Below are positions 41,737 through 61,700 of a stretch of 64,000 bases of DNA, piece after piece (the first letter of the stretch is position 1; every line of letters begins with the position of its first letter). Made by a program: the position numbers and the translations under genes. A model generated the notes under the pieces. It searched no databases. It had not been told where the DNA came from and worked only from the letters and a program-made list of their open reading frames with translations. This DNA comes from the human T2T-CHM13v2.0 reference genome, Homo sapiens: assembly GCF_009914755.1 (NCBI RefSeq), contig NC_060925.1; one strand, 5' to 3'.

Positions 41737-42847
41737 TATCAGGGAAAATTCAGCCAGATATCGGGTGAAATTCACCCCCGATATTTCACGTAGTTTCTTT
41801 TCTATTTTCCCTAAGTGTCAGTCGGTCTGAGAAATAAAGGGACAGAGTACAAAAGAGAGAAATTTTAAAGCTGGGTATCCGGGGGAGACATCACATGTCA
41901 GCAGGTTCCGTGATGCCCCCCGAGCCATAAAACCAGCAAGTTTTTATTAGTGATTTTCAAAAGGGGAGGGAGTGTATGAATAGGGTGTGGGTTACAGAGA
42001 TCACATGCTTCACAAGGTAATAGAATATCACAAGGCAAATGGAGGCAGGGCGAGATCACAGGACCACAGGACGGGGCGAAATTAAAATTGCTAATGAAGT
42101 TTTGGGCACGCATTGTCATTGATAACATCTTATCAGGAGCCAGGGTTTGAGAGCAGACAACTGGTCTGACCAAAATTTATTAGGCAGGAATTTCCTCGTC
42201 CTAATAAGCCTGGGAGCGATATGGGAGACTGGGGCTTATTTCATCCCTACAGCTTCGACCATAAAAGATGGCCAACCCCCGAAGCGGCCATTTCAGAGGC
42301 CTACCCTCAGGGATGCATTCTCTTTCTCAGGGATGTTCCTTGCTGAGAAAAAGAATTCAACGATATTTCTCCCATTTGCTTTTGAAAGAAGAGAAATATG
42401 GCTCTGTTCCGCCCGGCTCACCAGCGGTCAGAGTTTAAGGTTACCTCTCTTGTTTTCTGAACGTTGCTGTTATCCTGTTCTTTTTCAAGTTGCCCAGATT
42501 TCATATTGTTCAAACACGCATGCTCTACAAACAATTTGTGCAGTTAACACAATCATCACAGGGTCCTGAGGCGACATACATCCCCCTCATCTTACGAAGA
42601 TGATGGGATTAAGAGATTGAAGTAAAGGCAGGCATAGGAAATCACAAGGGTATTGATTGGGGAAGTGATAAGTGTCCATGAAATCTTCACAATTTATGTT
42701 CAGAGATTGCAGTAGAGACAGGCATAAGAAATTATAAAAGTATTAATTTGGGGAACTAATAAATGTCCATGAAATCTTCACAATCCATGTTCTTCTGCCA
42801 TGGCTTCAGCCGGTCCCTCCATTCGGGGTTCCTGACTTCCTGCAGAA
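41737..42847 (-). mobile_element. MER11 solo LTR (HERV-K11/HML-8)
   Basis: Reverse complement starts ...GCAGGAAGTCAGGAACCCCGAATGGAGGGACCGGCTGAAGCCATGGCAGAAGAAC; internal repeat tgtccatgaaatcttcacaat x2; 6-bp TSD agtagc / agcagc. Confidence 0.92.
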
Positions 42848-43074
42848 AGCAGCCACCCAGATCCTGCCCGAAGTTGCCCATAAAGCACTTTTGGAGAGGC
42901 TAGATTATGGATCCAATTAAGAATCCCTGTACTGCAAATTCTAAAGTTCTGGCCTAGAGTCCTGTGAGCTATCCTGCTTACAATTGTTACTAGCAGCACA
43001 CACATGTCTCTGGAATGCGAAGAAGAAAGAAAAAAAGACAAGGAACGTGAAAATTGGGTGATGTCAGCCTCCCT

Positions 43075-43640
43075 TGGATAAAGCCCATCAATGGTTTTCA
43101 TTGTCTTGGGGTGAGGAACAAATCCTTGATAGAACTAATATGATCCTCCATGATCTGCCCATGCCGCCTTCTCCAGCATCATCTGCTACTCCAACTCCCT
43201 TGCTGCCTGTGCACCAGCCCCTGGCCTCATTTCAGTTTCTCAAACATTCTGAGCTTCTTTCCACCAGAGGGTGTTTGCATATGCCGTTCCCACTCCCTTG
43301 AATGCAGCTACTCCCTCTTTTTCCTTAGTTAATGCTTGGATATCTTTCAGATCTCAGGTCAAATTTCACTTCTTCAGAAAGTCTTCCTTGATTGCCCCTG
43401 TTAAACACACATTCTTGTAGCAACTGGTATTTCCAGGGTATTTCTTGCAGTTGTAATTTTACATCTTTTGCAGGGTCCTTTTACTAATAATGTTCTTCTC
43501 CCTACCCCACCAGGCTACAATTTCCATGAATGCAGAAAAAGAGTTTATTTTTGCCAACCATTGAAATCCATGTGCTTAAAATAAAGACTGGCCCACAGAA
43601 GATGCTGAATAAAATGTTTGTGGTATGCATGAATGAAGTG
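43075..43640 (+). mobile_element. L2a 3' end
   Basis: cttccttgatt..., ggctacaatttccatga..., ctgaataaaatgtttg...atgaatgaa tail. Confidence 0.75.
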
Positions 43641-45326
43641 ATTAATGTAAAGCAACTGGTGAGGGCTAAATGTCCAAAGTGAAACAAACACTGAACAATC
43701 ATGTAGGCAGATAAACAGTTGGCTGATTTTTTTTAAGAAGTGATTCTTTGGTAATCTCTGACAAAGATGCTGATACAACTGAATATATACATAGCTGAGA
43801 GACAGATGGAATAACTAAGATGAAAGTTGAGGAAGAAGATTGAACAAAACATGATAAAAAATTCAGAGCTACTTGCTGGTTGTGTCTGAAAGTAGTGTTC
43901 ATTTCTAGTCATATCGCTGCCATAAGGAGTTGAAAGACAGTGAGGAGAAAAGCCTAAGAAGGGCAGCATGGATGACCCCAGATTAAATGTCAAGCCACTC
44001 ACAGAAAGTTTAGAGACTTACAGTGGAAAGTCAAAAGGACTTGAAGGAGATGTAATTACAGATTCAAAGCTCAATGACTGTATGTGATAATGTCACCTGC
44101 TTTCATTTTAACAGAGACCTATTTACACAATGCAGATCCTAAAGTGCAGATTTGGAAAATTCCAAGTAAATTTATGAAGGGTTTTTCAATAGCAACAAAA
44201 GAACCTAAAAGCATAGGGTAGTGGAAGGTATTAAAGTTGCTATGTGAGAAGAAACACTTGAATCTGTGAATGAATTCTCTTTCACCCTCACTCTCTGTCT
44301 CTGTCTAGTGCATGTGCACACACATTTATATTTTAAGAAAAGTATTTTTAGAAGGAATCTAACAAAGAGATGGTGTTAATTTGGATCTTTTAAACCAAAA
44401 TACTACATATTCATTTTGCATTTTAATCAGATTTTTTCATAATCTGAAAGAAACAGATATATGGCTGCTGTTTTCCACTCATTAGTATATTCTATTGACT
44501 CCAAAACTAAAGGGAGATTTATAATTCTTTACTGTTTACCAAGAGCATTGAAGGAAAAAGCTGAACATTGACTTTTTTTATAGAGTTGTTATATTATACT
44601 TCATATTGGTATGGAGATGGAATTGGCTTCTCAAAGCATCATTCTTGAAATATATCTCTTCCTCCCTATAGAAAATTTGTGCATAGGATTACCAGGGACA
44701 TTTGTGGAAGATCTGGTGAGAATAGAAAACCAGGGAGGTGGGATGACTAGGAACAGACTGAGCTAAGGCAGGGTTAAGTGAGACCCTGATAGTAAAGAGA
44801 GATTGCCTGTTAGCTAGAAGTTATTGAAATACTTATCACATTAAAGAATGTGGCTAAAGGCTCAAATAGCCATATTTTTTCCAGCTAGAAAATAAATCAA
44901 ATTTAACATGACCAGCCCACGCTTTATTGATAATAGACTAAGATCACACAGCGAGTGCTCTGGCTAATAGGATTGCTGTGCAGTTACAACCATTGCTATT
45001 ACAGCAGATACAGTTCTGCCTGCAAAGGCACCATGGAATTGTGCATGACCAAAGACTTGAGTTGTCCTGAATGTCTTTGACCTTGAAAAGAGGAGATAAA
45101 TGGGACTGAGCAACATGGGGACTAAGGAAGACATTCAGGACAGACCTGAATTGAAGAATGGGGTGTCCAAATCACAAGCCTGGTCTGGTTTAGGTGACCA
45201 TCATATACAGAATGGATTGGGAGTCTTAATTTAGTAGGCAGGTGGAGCTGCCAGAAGCACTCAGGCTGCTTCTCAAAAGCAGGTGAATACTTTATGTCCT
45301 CTTTTGTCCATTTCCACCTCTACATT

Positions 45327-45856
45327 TGTGGTAGACAGAACAAAGGTCCACAAAGATATCCATGTCCTAATCCCCAGAACCTTTAAATGTGTTACCTTAC
45401 CTTACCAAATAATTTACCACGACTTACTAAAAGGGACTTTGCACATGTGATTAAGGTTAGGGGCCTTGAGATGGGGAGATAATCCTGTATTATTCCATTG
45501 TGAACCCAACCTAATCATATGAATCCATAAAAGGGGAGAACCTTTTCCCACTGAAGTTGAAATCAAAAAGAGATGTGCCCCCAGGAGAATGGTAAGAGAA
45601 ATGCAATGTTTTTGAAGATAGAGGAGGGGGCCATGAGCCAAGGAATGTGTGTGGTCTCTAGAAACTAAATAAAGTGAGGAAATGGATTATTTTTTGGAGT
45701 CTTCAGAAAGGAACACAGCCCTGCCAACACTTTGATCTTAGCCCAGTGAGGCCTGCTTTGGACTTGTAACCTACAGAACTTTAAAATAGTAAGTTGTATT
45801 GTTTTAAGCCCCTGTATTTGTGGTAATTTGTAACAGCAGCTATAAAAAAAAATAAA
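45327..45856 (+). mobile_element. MaLR LTR MLT1D-like
   Basis: tgtggtagacagaa...gatatccatgtcctaatccccagaacc...aaagggactttgca...gtggtaatttgtaacagcagc. Confidence 0.85.
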
Positions 45857-46251
45857 GTCTCTTAATCCAAGTTGATAACGCCACTTGTCTGAAGTACTTA
45901 CTGCAGTAATCTTACGGATTTCCCTGCTTCCAGTTCTGTCCTTCCACAACCCACAATTGTTCAGAGTTGTCCTCTTGAAAAATACCAGGTCAGTGATATT
46001 TCGTGGCTCAAAACTATCCAATGAATCCATGGCCCATAGCATGAAACCCAGAATTCTAAATGGCCCCTTTTCAACCTCTTATCACACTACTTTCTCTCTC
46101 ATGGGCCCCGAAGTTCCCCCTCAGAGATAAAGTTTCTGATTTTTATAATTGCTTGCTTGATATTTTTTCATAACGTGACTGCCTAGGTATAATTTGATTT
46201 TGTCAGTTTCTTAAACATTATATAAGTAGGATAATACAGTAACTATTTTTT

Positions 46252-52383
<6,132 letters not shown>

Positions 52384-52859
52384 ATACAGTAACTATTTTT
52401 TTTAGTATGACTTTCACTCAACAGTATCATTAAGAATCATGTGTTGCATGTAGCTGGGGTCTGTTCATTTTCATTCTAATAACTCACCTTTGAATTCTTT
52501 TTGATGTGTTATGTAATTTGTAGCACTACATAATTTGTAGATGATGTGATTTACAGATAATTGCATCATATGTAAATAAGAAAATATTTTTTTTTCCAAA
52601 ACCACTTTTATTTCTTGTTCTTTCTTGATTGCACTGTAAATGACCTCAATTATGATAGTGAATTGAAATGGTAACAGCCACTGTTTTTATCTCATTCTCA
52701 ATTTCAGAAAGAAATGTTTCAGAAGGTCATTATTAGGGATGAGCTTTATTGAAAGTTACTTTTTGTTTTGTTTAGATTTGTAGATAGCATTCCTCAGAGT
52801 AAGGAATTTCTCTCCTGTTTGCTAAATATTTGCAAAATTAAAAAATTAAATGTTTGCTA

Positions 52860-53051
52860 AATAGGGTGATAGACCCGTGATGCGTCGTGATGTCTTATTT
52901 AAGGGGAATGCGTGGGCAATCTTAGTTTCATGGCCGTGAGGTAGGAACCAGATGCCGGATACAGTTCAGTATAGCTACCCCCAAGTGTTACGGGCCCAGA
53001 GCGAGGAGAGTAGCACACTTGCGTGGGATATTGATTTCACGGAGGATGGTG
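52860..53051 (-). other. NUMT: mitochondrial control region (about mt 16400-16569 plus 1-23)
   Basis: Reverse complement CACCATCCTCCGTGAAATCAATATCCC...GCTACTCTCCTCGCTC...ACACTTGGGGGTAGCTA...TTCCCCTTAAATAAGACATCACGA...GGTCTATCACCCTATT matches the recalled human D-loop; 10 CpGs in 192 bp. Confidence 0.95.
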
Positions 53052-53304
53052 AGTGAGAAACCACTAAATATTTGCTAAATATTTTGGCATGGATGAATGT
53101 TGAAATTTATATAATGATTTTTCTATATTTATTAAGATGATTATATCACATGATTTTTCTCTTTTAATGCTATGATCTTACAAAATGGTTTCTGTTCTTT
53201 CCAATTCTATATTTTTCCCTGTTTTTTGCCTTTTGTTCAATTGATTGCATAGTTTTTATTATTCCATTTCGTCCCTCTATGAGTTTATAAATCATATACT
53301 CTTT

Positions 53305-53490
53305 CAGAATACTCACATTAGTGTACAGTTGGGCAAAATCATCCAACACAAAGCCTGTTTTGTATTGAATACCGTACTGAAAGTGAAAAAAAGGATAGTT
53401 CTATTGGTAATCAAAGTATAATTTCCACTGACTCAGTATCACTTTCACACCATCGTAAAGTCAAAAAATCTTAAGTTGGAGACTGTCTGT
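53305..53490 (-). mobile_element. MER47/Tigger5 fragment
   Basis: cagttgggcaaaatcatc...gtactgaaagtgaaaaa...caccatcgtaaagtcaaaaaatc...gactgtctgta. Confidence 0.75.
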
Positions 53491-53672
53491 AGACACATTG
53501 TTCAATAAATATCAGAAAGTGTAAAACATCATACAATGAAAAGTCCTTTTCCTGCTTTAGACCTGCATTCATCCAGTTTCCATCCCTCTCAACATAATGT
53601 GTTACTTTTTAAAGTTTTCATACTGATCTTTCCCGAAATATTTCATGCATATGTAAGTCAATATAATCATTT

Positions 53673-54037
53673 TGTATTAGTCTGTTCTCACACTGCTAAT
53701 AAATAAATACCCGAGACTGGGTAACTTATAAAGGAAAGAGGTTTAAGTGACTCACAGTTCCACATAGCTGGGGAGGCCTCACAATCATGGTGGAAGGCGA
53801 AGGAGGAGCAAAGTCACATCTTACATAGCAGCAGGCAAGAAGAGAGCGTGTGCAGGGGAACTCCCCTTTAAAACCATCAGCTCTTGTGAGACTTATTCAC
53901 TATCATGAGAACAGCATGGGAAAGACCTCACCCCGTGATTCAATTGCCTCCCACCAGGACCCTCCCATGACACGTGGGAATGATGAGATCTACAATTCAA
54001 GTTGAGATTTGTGTGGGGACACAGCCAAACCATTTCA
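53673..54037 (-). mobile_element. THE1 (THE1B/C) solo LTR
   Basis: tgtattagtctgttctcacactgct...ggggacacagccaaaccatttca. Confidence 0.92.
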
Positions 54038-54828
54038 AATATGTTACTACTCTTCCATTTTTAAGTAAGTGATACATACTTTACACATGATTATGCATCT
54101 TCCTTTTTACCTTATATATTTAAAAGCATTTCATAGCTACATATAGAAAAATCTTTATTTTTTCAATAATGTATACGTTTGTCCCATATTATATATTATA
54201 CTTAAATCAGTCCCTTACTTATAACATTTTGTGTTGTTTCTGATCCTGTGTTTTTATAAACCTACAAACATAATACAGATGTCATTTTGCACATGAGAGT
54301 TATTATCTGTAGAATAAATTTCTGGAAGTGGAGTGCTGAGTCTACAAGCAGGTGCATCTGTCATCTTGATAGATAATGTCACTTGCCCTCCATATGGGTT
54401 ATACCATTTTGCACTCCCATCATCAATAATTGAGTCTGCTTATTTTTACCTATCCTCACCCACAGTGCCTAATACATTTAGATTTTTGTCACTTTGAAAC
54501 TAAGAACAATAATTCTGTGTAACTTTTTTTTTGTAATTATGAGTGACAGTGATCATATTTTCATAAGTTTAAGAGAGATGTGAGATTGTTCATCTCTTTT
54601 GCCCATTTTTCCATTGGTCTGTTGGTCCTTATTGATCAAAAAATGATCATTCTCTAGCAAGGGTATTAGTCAATTGTCTGAACAAATGTTTTTCCTAGTT
54701 CATGAAATGTATTTGAATTTTTTGATGGGTAGGGTTTTTCTGCTTTGTGTTATTTGCTTGCTTCTGGTTTTGTTTGGTATATAGACAATTTTTCTTTGTA
54801 TATGGTAGAATTTTTCATAATTCCTACA

Positions 54829-55254
54829 GTGTTTGTCAGTGTTCTTCAGACAAACAGAACCAATAAGATATATATAATTATATAAAGAAACTTATTTAAA
54901 AGGAATCAGCTCATACAATTAAGGAGTTTGGAAAGGCCAAAACCTGAAGGATGGCCTGGCAGGTGAGAGACCCATGGAAGAGTGGATGTTGTAGTTCCAG
55001 TATGAAGATTGTCTACTGGCAGAATTTCCTCTTACTCAGGAAGCAGTCAGGTTTATTATTATTATTATTATTATTATTCAGGCAAGTAATTGGCCCATCT
55101 ACCTTATGAAGGTTAATCTGCTTTACTTGAAGTCCACTAACTTAAATGATAATCTCATCCAAAAACACCCTCATGGAAACATCAAGAATAATGTTTGACC
55201 AAATATCTGAGGACTGTGACCCAGTCAAATTGACACATAAAATTAACTATCACA
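54829..55254 (-). mobile_element. ERVL LTR MLT2B-like
   Basis: aaacagaaccaataaga...aatctcatccaaaaacaccctca...gacacataaaattaactatcaca; contains (TAT)n. Confidence 0.85.
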
Positions 55255-55837
55255 CACCCTTTATGGCTTCTGAATTTTTGTGTCATTTTTGGAAGATCCA
55301 CCCCCACTCCAAAGTTATAAAAAAATCCCATTTTTATCTCTAGTGCATTATGATTTCATTTTTAATAGGTATATCTTAAATTCTCATGAAATGTTTCTTG
55401 TGTGTGTAACCAGACTCAATTGTCCAAATATTGTGGATTGAATATAATCATGATCATCTTCTTCTGATTTAAGATGCCAACCTTTTCCTAAAGTTTCATG
55501 TGCATTTAGATATCTTTCCAAGTTTTATGTTCTGTTTGGATTATTAGCCTTATTATGAAACAGAACCAGACTGCTTTAATTATTGAATATTTATAGAATA
55601 TTTTAATTTCTGATAAAGTTAGTCTTTGCTCTCTTATTTGGTTTCTTTACTATTCTAGTATATAAGAATAAAAAAACAACTAATTTTATTACACTAAAAT
55701 GCCATGTGCCATACTGGTGTTTCTATTAGATTCAAATTAAAATTACAAATTAGTGAAGATTGACATCTTTTTTAAATCTTCATTTCTAAAAATGTAGTAT
55801 GTCTTTTCATTTGTTGAAGTATTCTTTTGCTTTTCAC

Positions 55838-56130
55838 TTTTTTTTTTTTTTTTTTTTTTAGAAATAAGGCCTCGCTCTGTCTCCCAGGCTGGATTGCAAT
55901 GGTGCAATCATAGCGCCTCAAACTCCTGGGCTCAAAGTGATCCCCTACCTTTGCCTCCCAAGTAACTAGGATTATAGACATGCATCACCACACTCAGTTG
56001 ATTTTTTAAATTTTTTTGTAGAGAAGAGGTTTCTCTTCCCAGGCAGGTCTCAAACACCTGGCCTCACGCAATTCTCCCACCTTGGTCTCCCAAAGTGTTG
56101 GGTTCCAGGCATGAGCTACTGTGCCAGGCT
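55838..56130 (-). mobile_element. AluJ
   Basis: Poly(T) then ctcaaactcctgggctcaa...gagctactgtgccaggc. Confidence 0.9.
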
Positions 56131-56391
56131 TCTTTTGTATTCTTTAGAGCTATTTCAGAAGCTTCTTTCTTCTTGATATAAGTCTGTAAATTTTCTTGGT
56201 ACATTTTTGCATAGTTATTTTATTATTTTTGTTGCTGTCATAAGTGTGGGTCTGGTGTGAAGGTTATTGAATTCTGTATGTTAGTTTATAACCTGATACA
56301 TTTCTGCATTTTCATACTGCTTGCAGTATGAAATATAAGATATACAGTCTTATAATTTCTTCTCTTTTCCAATTTTCATATCTGTAAGTTT

Positions 56392-56718
56392 TTTCTTTCT
56401 TTCTTTTTTTTTTTTTTTTTTTTTTTTTTTGAGGCAGAGTTTTGCTCTTGTTGCCTAAGCTGGAGTGCAATAACGTGATCTCAGCTCACTGCAGCAACTT
56501 CCGCCTCCCGGGTTCAAGTTATTCTCCTGCCTTAGCCTCCTGAGTAGCTGGGATTACAGGCATGCACCACCATGCCCGGCTAATTTTTTGTATTTTTAGT
56601 AGAAACGGGGTTTCACCATGTTAGCCAGGCTGGTTTTGAACTGCTGACCTCAGGTGATCTGCCTGCCTCAGCCTCCCAAACTGCTGGGATTACAAGCGTG
56701 AGCCACCGTGCCCAGGCT
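56392..56718 (-). mobile_element. AluSp/Sq
   Basis: Diagnostic gctcttgttgcc; long poly(T). Confidence 0.92.
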
Positions 56719-57355
56719 TTCTCTTAAAATTTCATGAGATTCTAAGTCTAGTACGTTATTAAATAATAAAGTTAATACTTAATATCCTTTTCTTATGAGG
56801 ATACTTCTAGTATTTCTCCATTAATTTTAACACTAGCTTTGGGATAGAAGTAGATACATTATCCCATAGTTAAGCTACTATTCATTGATGATTATTTTCT
56901 TGAGTGTTTATAAAGAATGGATTTGGATCATTCAAATGATTTTTTGTATCTATGGAGATTATTATATTACTTTCCCTTACTGAAATAAAAGTTATATCTA
57001 TATATTTCTTGATATTGAACACCACCTTTCCATATCTGGAGTAAACTGCACTTGGTGAGAGTGATATTTTTAATTCAGCAGGGTGAGAATGTTTAGTGAA
57101 GCATTATACGTTCAAAAATTTGAAATAATCTACAGGTTCATTAACAGATAAATTGGAGTTACTTTAATAGGTGGATATATGTAAGTGGGATTAATATTGT
57201 ATGTGAATGGAGATTAACAGATTATAAACATATGTAGCAAGGTAGATAAATCTTATAACTTTGCATCCTCTGACCCCTCCCAAAAGAAAAGCAGACACAA
57301 AAGAATATGTACTGTGTGATATGATTTGCATAAAGTTTAAACATGAGAAAATTTA

Positions 57356-57865
<510 letters not shown>

Positions 57866-58519
57866 TTATAATAATTCATGGAGTTTTACATTTATATTTA
57901 ATGTATTTTTCTCCATATGTGCATATTGCATTATGAAAAGAATTTAAAAATTATTTGCTTATAATTTATTTAAAATTTTCACATCACTATTCAGGAGTGA
58001 AGATGTCTATAGTTTTCTCCTGTTTTTATTCTTTTTTTGAGGTTTGATATGTTGATTATATAAAAAGAACTTGAAGATTTCCATTATTTGTCTTGGCTCA
58101 GAAAATGTTAAAAAATCACTGTATAATTACCCATTCTTTAAAGATTTAATAAAAGTTCCCTGTGCCTTCATCTGAGCTTGTTGTTTTTCTTGTTCATTGA
58201 AGAGATAGAGATTGTAAAATTTGGCCCATTTAGGTTTTTGCAATACTATGGGTCACATTTGATAAATTATGTTTTCTTAGAAAATTGTCTATTTTATCTA
58301 GGTTTTGTATATTTGCATCAAAATAAATAAAGTAATGCTGTACGATCTTTTAATTTCCTCTATTTTTATAGTCCCCCCTGAGCCCCCATATCATTTACTG
58401 GTTGTGAATTTGTACCTTCTCCTGTTCCTCCTTGATTAATGAAACTAACAGTTTTGGGATTTTTTTTTAAGAACCAACATTAGCCTTTCTTTATAAATTT
58501 ATCTGATGATTCGTCTAAT

Positions 58520-58690
58520 TCAATCCTTCTCAAACTTTGATCTCTATACAAATCACCTGGAGACCTTGTTAAAATACTGATTCTGATTTAGTAGGTCTGA
58601 GTTGGGGCCTGAGATTCTGCATTTGTAGCATGTTGCCAGTGATCCCAACATTGCTGGCCCCTACTTTGAGTAATAAGGTTCTAGCACATC
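58520..58690. mobile_element. MER5A/B (hAT-Charlie MITE)
   Basis: ttctcaaacttt...aatcacctggagaccttgttaaaa...taggtctgagttggggcctgagattctgcattt. Confidence 0.8.
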
Positions 58691-58805
58691 TATTTATTCT
58701 TTTATATGTTTCTATCTATATTAATCTCTTTCTTCACTTATTTTTCTAATTTCCTGAAAGATATTTAATACATTTCTTTCCACTTTATTTTTCATTACTA
58801 ATAAG

Positions 58806-61700
58806 TTTTTTATTTATAGTTGACATAATAATTGTATATATTTATAGAGTGCAGTGTTATGTTTTAATGATTGTATACCTTGTATAATGATCAAATCAGG
58901 TTAATTACCGTATTTGTTACTTTAAACATTTATCTCTCTTTGTGGAAATATCATACAAAATCTTCTCTTTTTGCTGTCTTGAAATGTACACAACATTGTT
59001 ATTTATTACAGTTGCCTAGCTGTGTTATAGGACACCAGAACTATTCTTCTTGTCTAACTATAACTTTGTACCCACTGACCAACCTCTCCCCGTCGTGCTA
59101 TCCCCTACACCTACCTTCCCCAGCCTCTGATAACCTCTACTCTCTATTTCTATGAGGTCAACTTTTTTAGAGTACACAAATGAGTGAGATCATGCAGTGT
59201 TTGTCCTTCTGTGCCTGGCTTACTTCACTTAACATAATGTCCTCTAGGTTTATGCTGCCACAAATGATAGAATTTCATTCTGTTTTATGACTAAGTAGCA
59301 TTCCATTGTAAACTATTCCATTCTATACACCACATTTTCTTTATCCATTCATCTATGGATAGGCATTTAGATTGATTCTATATCTTTGCTATTGTGAATA
59401 GCACTGCAATAAAAACAGGAGGGTAGCTATCTCTTTGACACAAATGATTTCATTTCCTTTGGATATATATAATAATGGCATTGCTGTATCATATGATAGT
59501 TCTATTTTTAATTGTTTGAGAAACTTCTGCATCCTTTTCCATAATGGCTATATTAATTTACATTATTACCAACAAGTCATAAGAGTTCTCCTTTCTCCAC
59601 ATTCTCTCCAGCATTTGTTATTTTTTATCTTTTTGATAACAGCCGTTCTGACTAGGGTGAGGTAATAGCTCATAGTAGTTTTGATTTGCATTTCCCTGAT
59701 TATTAGTGATATTGACCATTTTTTGTCATATACCTGTTGACTATTTGTATGTATTCTTTTGAGAAACATCTCTTCAAGTCTGTTGCCCATTATTAATCAC
59801 ATTGTTTGTTATTTTGTTATTGCATTGAGTTCCTTACATATTCTGCATATTAACCCCTTGTTAGATGCATAGTTCACACATACTTTCTCCTATTCTGTAG
59901 GTTGTTTTTTCACTCTGATTTTTTTCCTGTGCTGTACAGAAGCTCTTTAGTTTGATGTAATCCCATTTGTCTATTTTTGCTTTTGTTGTCTGTGCTGTAG
60001 AAATACTCGACAAAATACTAAGAAACCAATCTCATCAACACATTAAAAAGATGATTCACCATGATCGACTGATTCATCCCAGGGATGCAAGGATGGTTCA
60101 ATATATGGAAGTTAGTAAATGTGATACATCACATTAACATAACCAAGAATAAAAACTCTATGATCATTTTAATAGATGCTGAAAAAGCATTCAATAAAAT
60201 TCAACGTCCTTTCACGACAAAAACTCTTAACAAATTGCATATCAAAGGAACATGCTTGAACACAGTAAAGGCCACATAGGACAAATTCATAGCTAACATC
60301 ATACTGAACAGGGAAAAATTGAAATCTTTTCCTCTAAGACTTGAAACAAGACAAGAATGCCCACTTTTACCACTTACATTAAACACAGTACTGGAAGTTC
60401 TAGGCAGAGCCATTAGGCAAGAGAGAGAAATAATGGACATCCAAATCTGAAAGGAGGAAGCCAAATTGTCCCTGGTTGCAGATGACATGGTCATATTTAT
60501 AGAAAACTCCAAAGATTGCACCAAAAAACTGTTAGAACTAATAAATAAATTTAGTAAATTTACAGAATACAAATCAACATATAAAAATTAGTAGTATTTC
60601 TATAAACCAATAGCAAACTCTCTGAAAAAGAAATCAAGAAAGCAATTTCATTTGCAATAGCTAAAGAAAAAAACCTAGGAATAAACTTAACTGAGGAGAT
60701 GAAAGATCCCTATAGTAAAAACTATAAAACATGGATGAAAGAAATTGAATAAGACACAAAAAAAATGGAAAGGTAACATGTGATTATGGATTGGAAGAAT
60801 TAATATTTTTAAAATGTTCGTATTACCTAAAGCTAGCTGCAGATTCAATGCAATCCCTACGAAAATACCAAAGACATTCTTTACAGAAATGGAAAAAAAA
60901 ATCTTAAATTCATATTGAAATGCAGAAGACTCTGAATACTCAAAGCAATCTGGAGCAAAAAAATAAATAAATAAAGCAACAGGTATCACACTACCTGATT
61001 TTAAAATACACTACAAGGCTATAGTAATCAAAACAGCATGGTACTGGCATAAAAACAGACATATAGAATAATGAAACAGAATAGAGAACCCAGAAATAAA
61101 TCTATGCATTTACAACCAATTGATTTTCACAAAGATGCCAATAACATACATTGGGGGAAAGAGCACCCTCTTCAATAAATGGTGCTGGGAAAAGTGATTA
61201 TATTCAGAAGAATGAAACTAGACTCCTACCTCTCACGATATGCAAAAATCAACTCAAATTAAGACTGTAATGTAAGACTGGGCATGGTAGCTCATGCCTG
61301 TAATTCCAGCATTTTGGGAGGCCAAGGCGGGCAGATCACCTGAGATCAAGAATTCGAGACCAGCCTGGCCAACATGGCAAAACCCCGTCTCTACTGAAAA
61401 TACAAAAATTATCTGGGTGTGGTGGCAGGTGCCTGTAATCCCAGCTACTTGGGAGGCTGAGGCATGATAATCAGAGGCATGATAATCACTTGAATCTGGG
61501 AAACTGAGGTTGCAGTAAGCCAAGCTTACCCCATTGCACTCCAGCCTGGGGGATAGAGTGAGACTCTGTCTCCAAAAAAAGACTGTAATGTAAGACCCAA
61601 AACTATGAAACTACTAGAAGAAAACATAAGGGATATGCTTCACAAAATTGGACTGAGCAAGGATCTTTTTAATAAGACCTAAGAAGGACAGACAGCATAA
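58806..61700 (-). mobile_element. L1MA with 5' inversion (minus 58806-~59998; plus ~59999-61697)
   Basis: L1MA 3'UTR on minus; strand switch at ~59999; both parts meet at the ORF2 motif aagcacagacaac. Confidence 0.82.
61276..61580 (+). mobile_element. AluSx inside the L1MA
   Basis: TSD aagactgtaatgta at 61261 and 61579; internal 15-bp tandem duplication gaggcatgataatca (61459-61488). Confidence 0.93.

Noticed and set aside
42147-42569. 140-aa ORF
   Set aside because: Lies antisense inside the MER11 LTR; no retroviral protein motifs.
42668-42790. Spaced direct repeats tgtccatgaaatcttcacaat (superficially CRISPR-like)
   Set aside because: Only two copies, and an intrinsic part of the MER11 LTR.
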